A DNA stretch of 64,000 bases, taken from NCBI RefSeq assembly GCF_009914755.1, contig NC_060925.1; one strand, given 5' to 3'. The notes beneath the pieces are model-generated. The model made no database searches. It was given only the letters and a program-made list of their open reading frames with translations, and was not told the origin of the DNA. The stretch's first letter is position 1; each line of letters begins with the position of its first letter. Positions 62,321 to 64,000 of this stretch are shown here, in pieces. The DNA comes from the human T2T-CHM13v2.0 reference genome, Homo sapiens. Position numbers and translations under genes: made by a program.

Positions 62321-62909
62321 AGAGAGAGAGAGAAGGAAATCTTTGGAAAGCCCAAAGAAGGGAGTGGGTGAAGGGGGCTGGTGGAAGAAGGCTGGCGGGA
62401 TGTACAAGGGCGTGTCATTTTCAGACCAGCTGGAAGGGCCCATTCTTGCTACCCCCGTGCCCCCTTGCAGAATCGGGAGCTGTAGGGACTGCTTGGATCC
62501 ACCGGCCTTAGACAGGGGTCTATACACTAGCACGGGCACGGGGCAGTTGAAGGGAGTGTTTGCAATCTGATATTCTCACTTCTTAGGGAGACTCAGAAGT
62601 CATTTTTTGTGATAAGTGAGACACATAGCATCTTGCAAAAATCATGCTCTGGAGTAGATTTGCATAAATGAATGCACTGTATTTTTAAAAAAATTATGAA
62701 AGCTTTAATTACCTAAACTTGAATTAAGTTGTCTCTTGCAGAACACACAAAGTATTAGCTTATTTTATACTTAGTTACCTTTTTGTTTTCATAAATTGGA
62801 TGATCTTCTATGTAACTCTTGTTTCAACTCAGCGGCAACACCTCAGAGATGTTTTCAAAGTAACAAATATTGTTATGGAGCACTTGCTATGAACCAGCAC
62901 GACTTATTA

Positions 62910-63140
62910 TTTAAGAGCAGAGACCCTGAGAGCCAGGCTGTCTGGGTCTATTCATGATTCTGCCACTTACTAGCTGTGTAATCTTGGACAGTTATTTAAC
63001 CATCTTCTGCCTCAGTTTACTAATCTGTAAGACAGGTACCTATGTCATAAGGTTGTTATGAGGATTAAATGGGCTAATATGAATAAAGTGTTCAGAACGG
63101 TGCCTGCTCATGGAAAATATTCAATACAGGTCAGTCTGGT
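62910..63140 (+). mobile_element. MIR
   Basis: tctgccacttactagctgtgtaatcttggacagttatttaac...gcctcagtttactaatctgtaa...aggattaaatg. Confidence 0.85.
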
Positions 63141-63461
63141 TATGTGCTGGACACTGGGCCAGGAGCTGGGGATAGAACTCCAAAGATAGACGAGGTCCCT
63201 GAATTCTTTGAGCTTACAGTCTAGTGGAGAAGTGAGAGAGGTGGCAGTTAGTCAACAATGAGGGCGATGTGTGGTATAACAGGGGTGGTACAAGGTTTTC
63301 TAGGAAGAGTAATTACAGGCTTCTGTAGATGTGCTGGATATTTTCTTTTTCCTATCTTGTTAACATGGACTGATTTGTTTAACATCATAAATCCCCAGGA
63401 TTGAAAAGCGTTTTCAAAGGTCACTGGTTCATTTCAGTGACCCAAGTAAAACCTGCCCCCA

Positions 63462-63767
<306 letters not shown>

Positions 63768-64000
63768 CCTGCCCCCAGATAACGTCATAGACATGTCTGC
63801 TTCTTTCTCTGCCTTCATCACTACACCGGAAGCTGCTAGCCCTGCAGTTTACATCCTGCCAGCTTTTCTCAGATCCCTCAGCCTGGGGTGGCCTGCTTTC
63901 AGGAACTTCTTAGATGCTTAGGAGCCTGCCTGGGGAAGAGGTTCTCAAAACTTGTCTTTAGGAATGGAGCTGCTTTCTGCATTTTTCTGTGACCCAGCAT

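Overview
This is human genomic DNA, not microbial. It holds about 30 Alu SINEs, including a near-consensus AluYa5 (an essentially human-specific subfamily), plus MIR, L2, L1/HAL1, CR1, MaLR LTRs and hAT elements. I found no protein-coding exon, RNA gene or CRISPR array. The ORF track is explained by Alu antisense translations, microsatellites, transposon relics and chance ORFs. The window reads as a large intron or intergenic interval, and I could not name the locus. Main content: (i) a two-LTR ERV1/MER4-group provirus relic at 1100-3920 on the minus strand, with gag and an env tail but no pol, whose deletion junction is a cluster of near-perfect fold-back copies; (ii) a 10.6-kb Alu-free zone containing a CpG-retaining promoter-like element (~32.1-32.9 kb) next to an E-box/homeobox/octamer-dense element (~33.3-34.1 kb); (iii) several other repeat-free, TAAT/octamer-rich islands resembling developmental enhancers; (iv) a fossil hAT transposase C-terminus at ~59.2-59.45 kb. 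Repeat subfamily names come from remembered consensus diagnostics and need RepeatMasker/Dfam confirmation. Conservation cannot be seen in one sequence and is inferred. I see no convincing evidence of a new multi-gene biological system.
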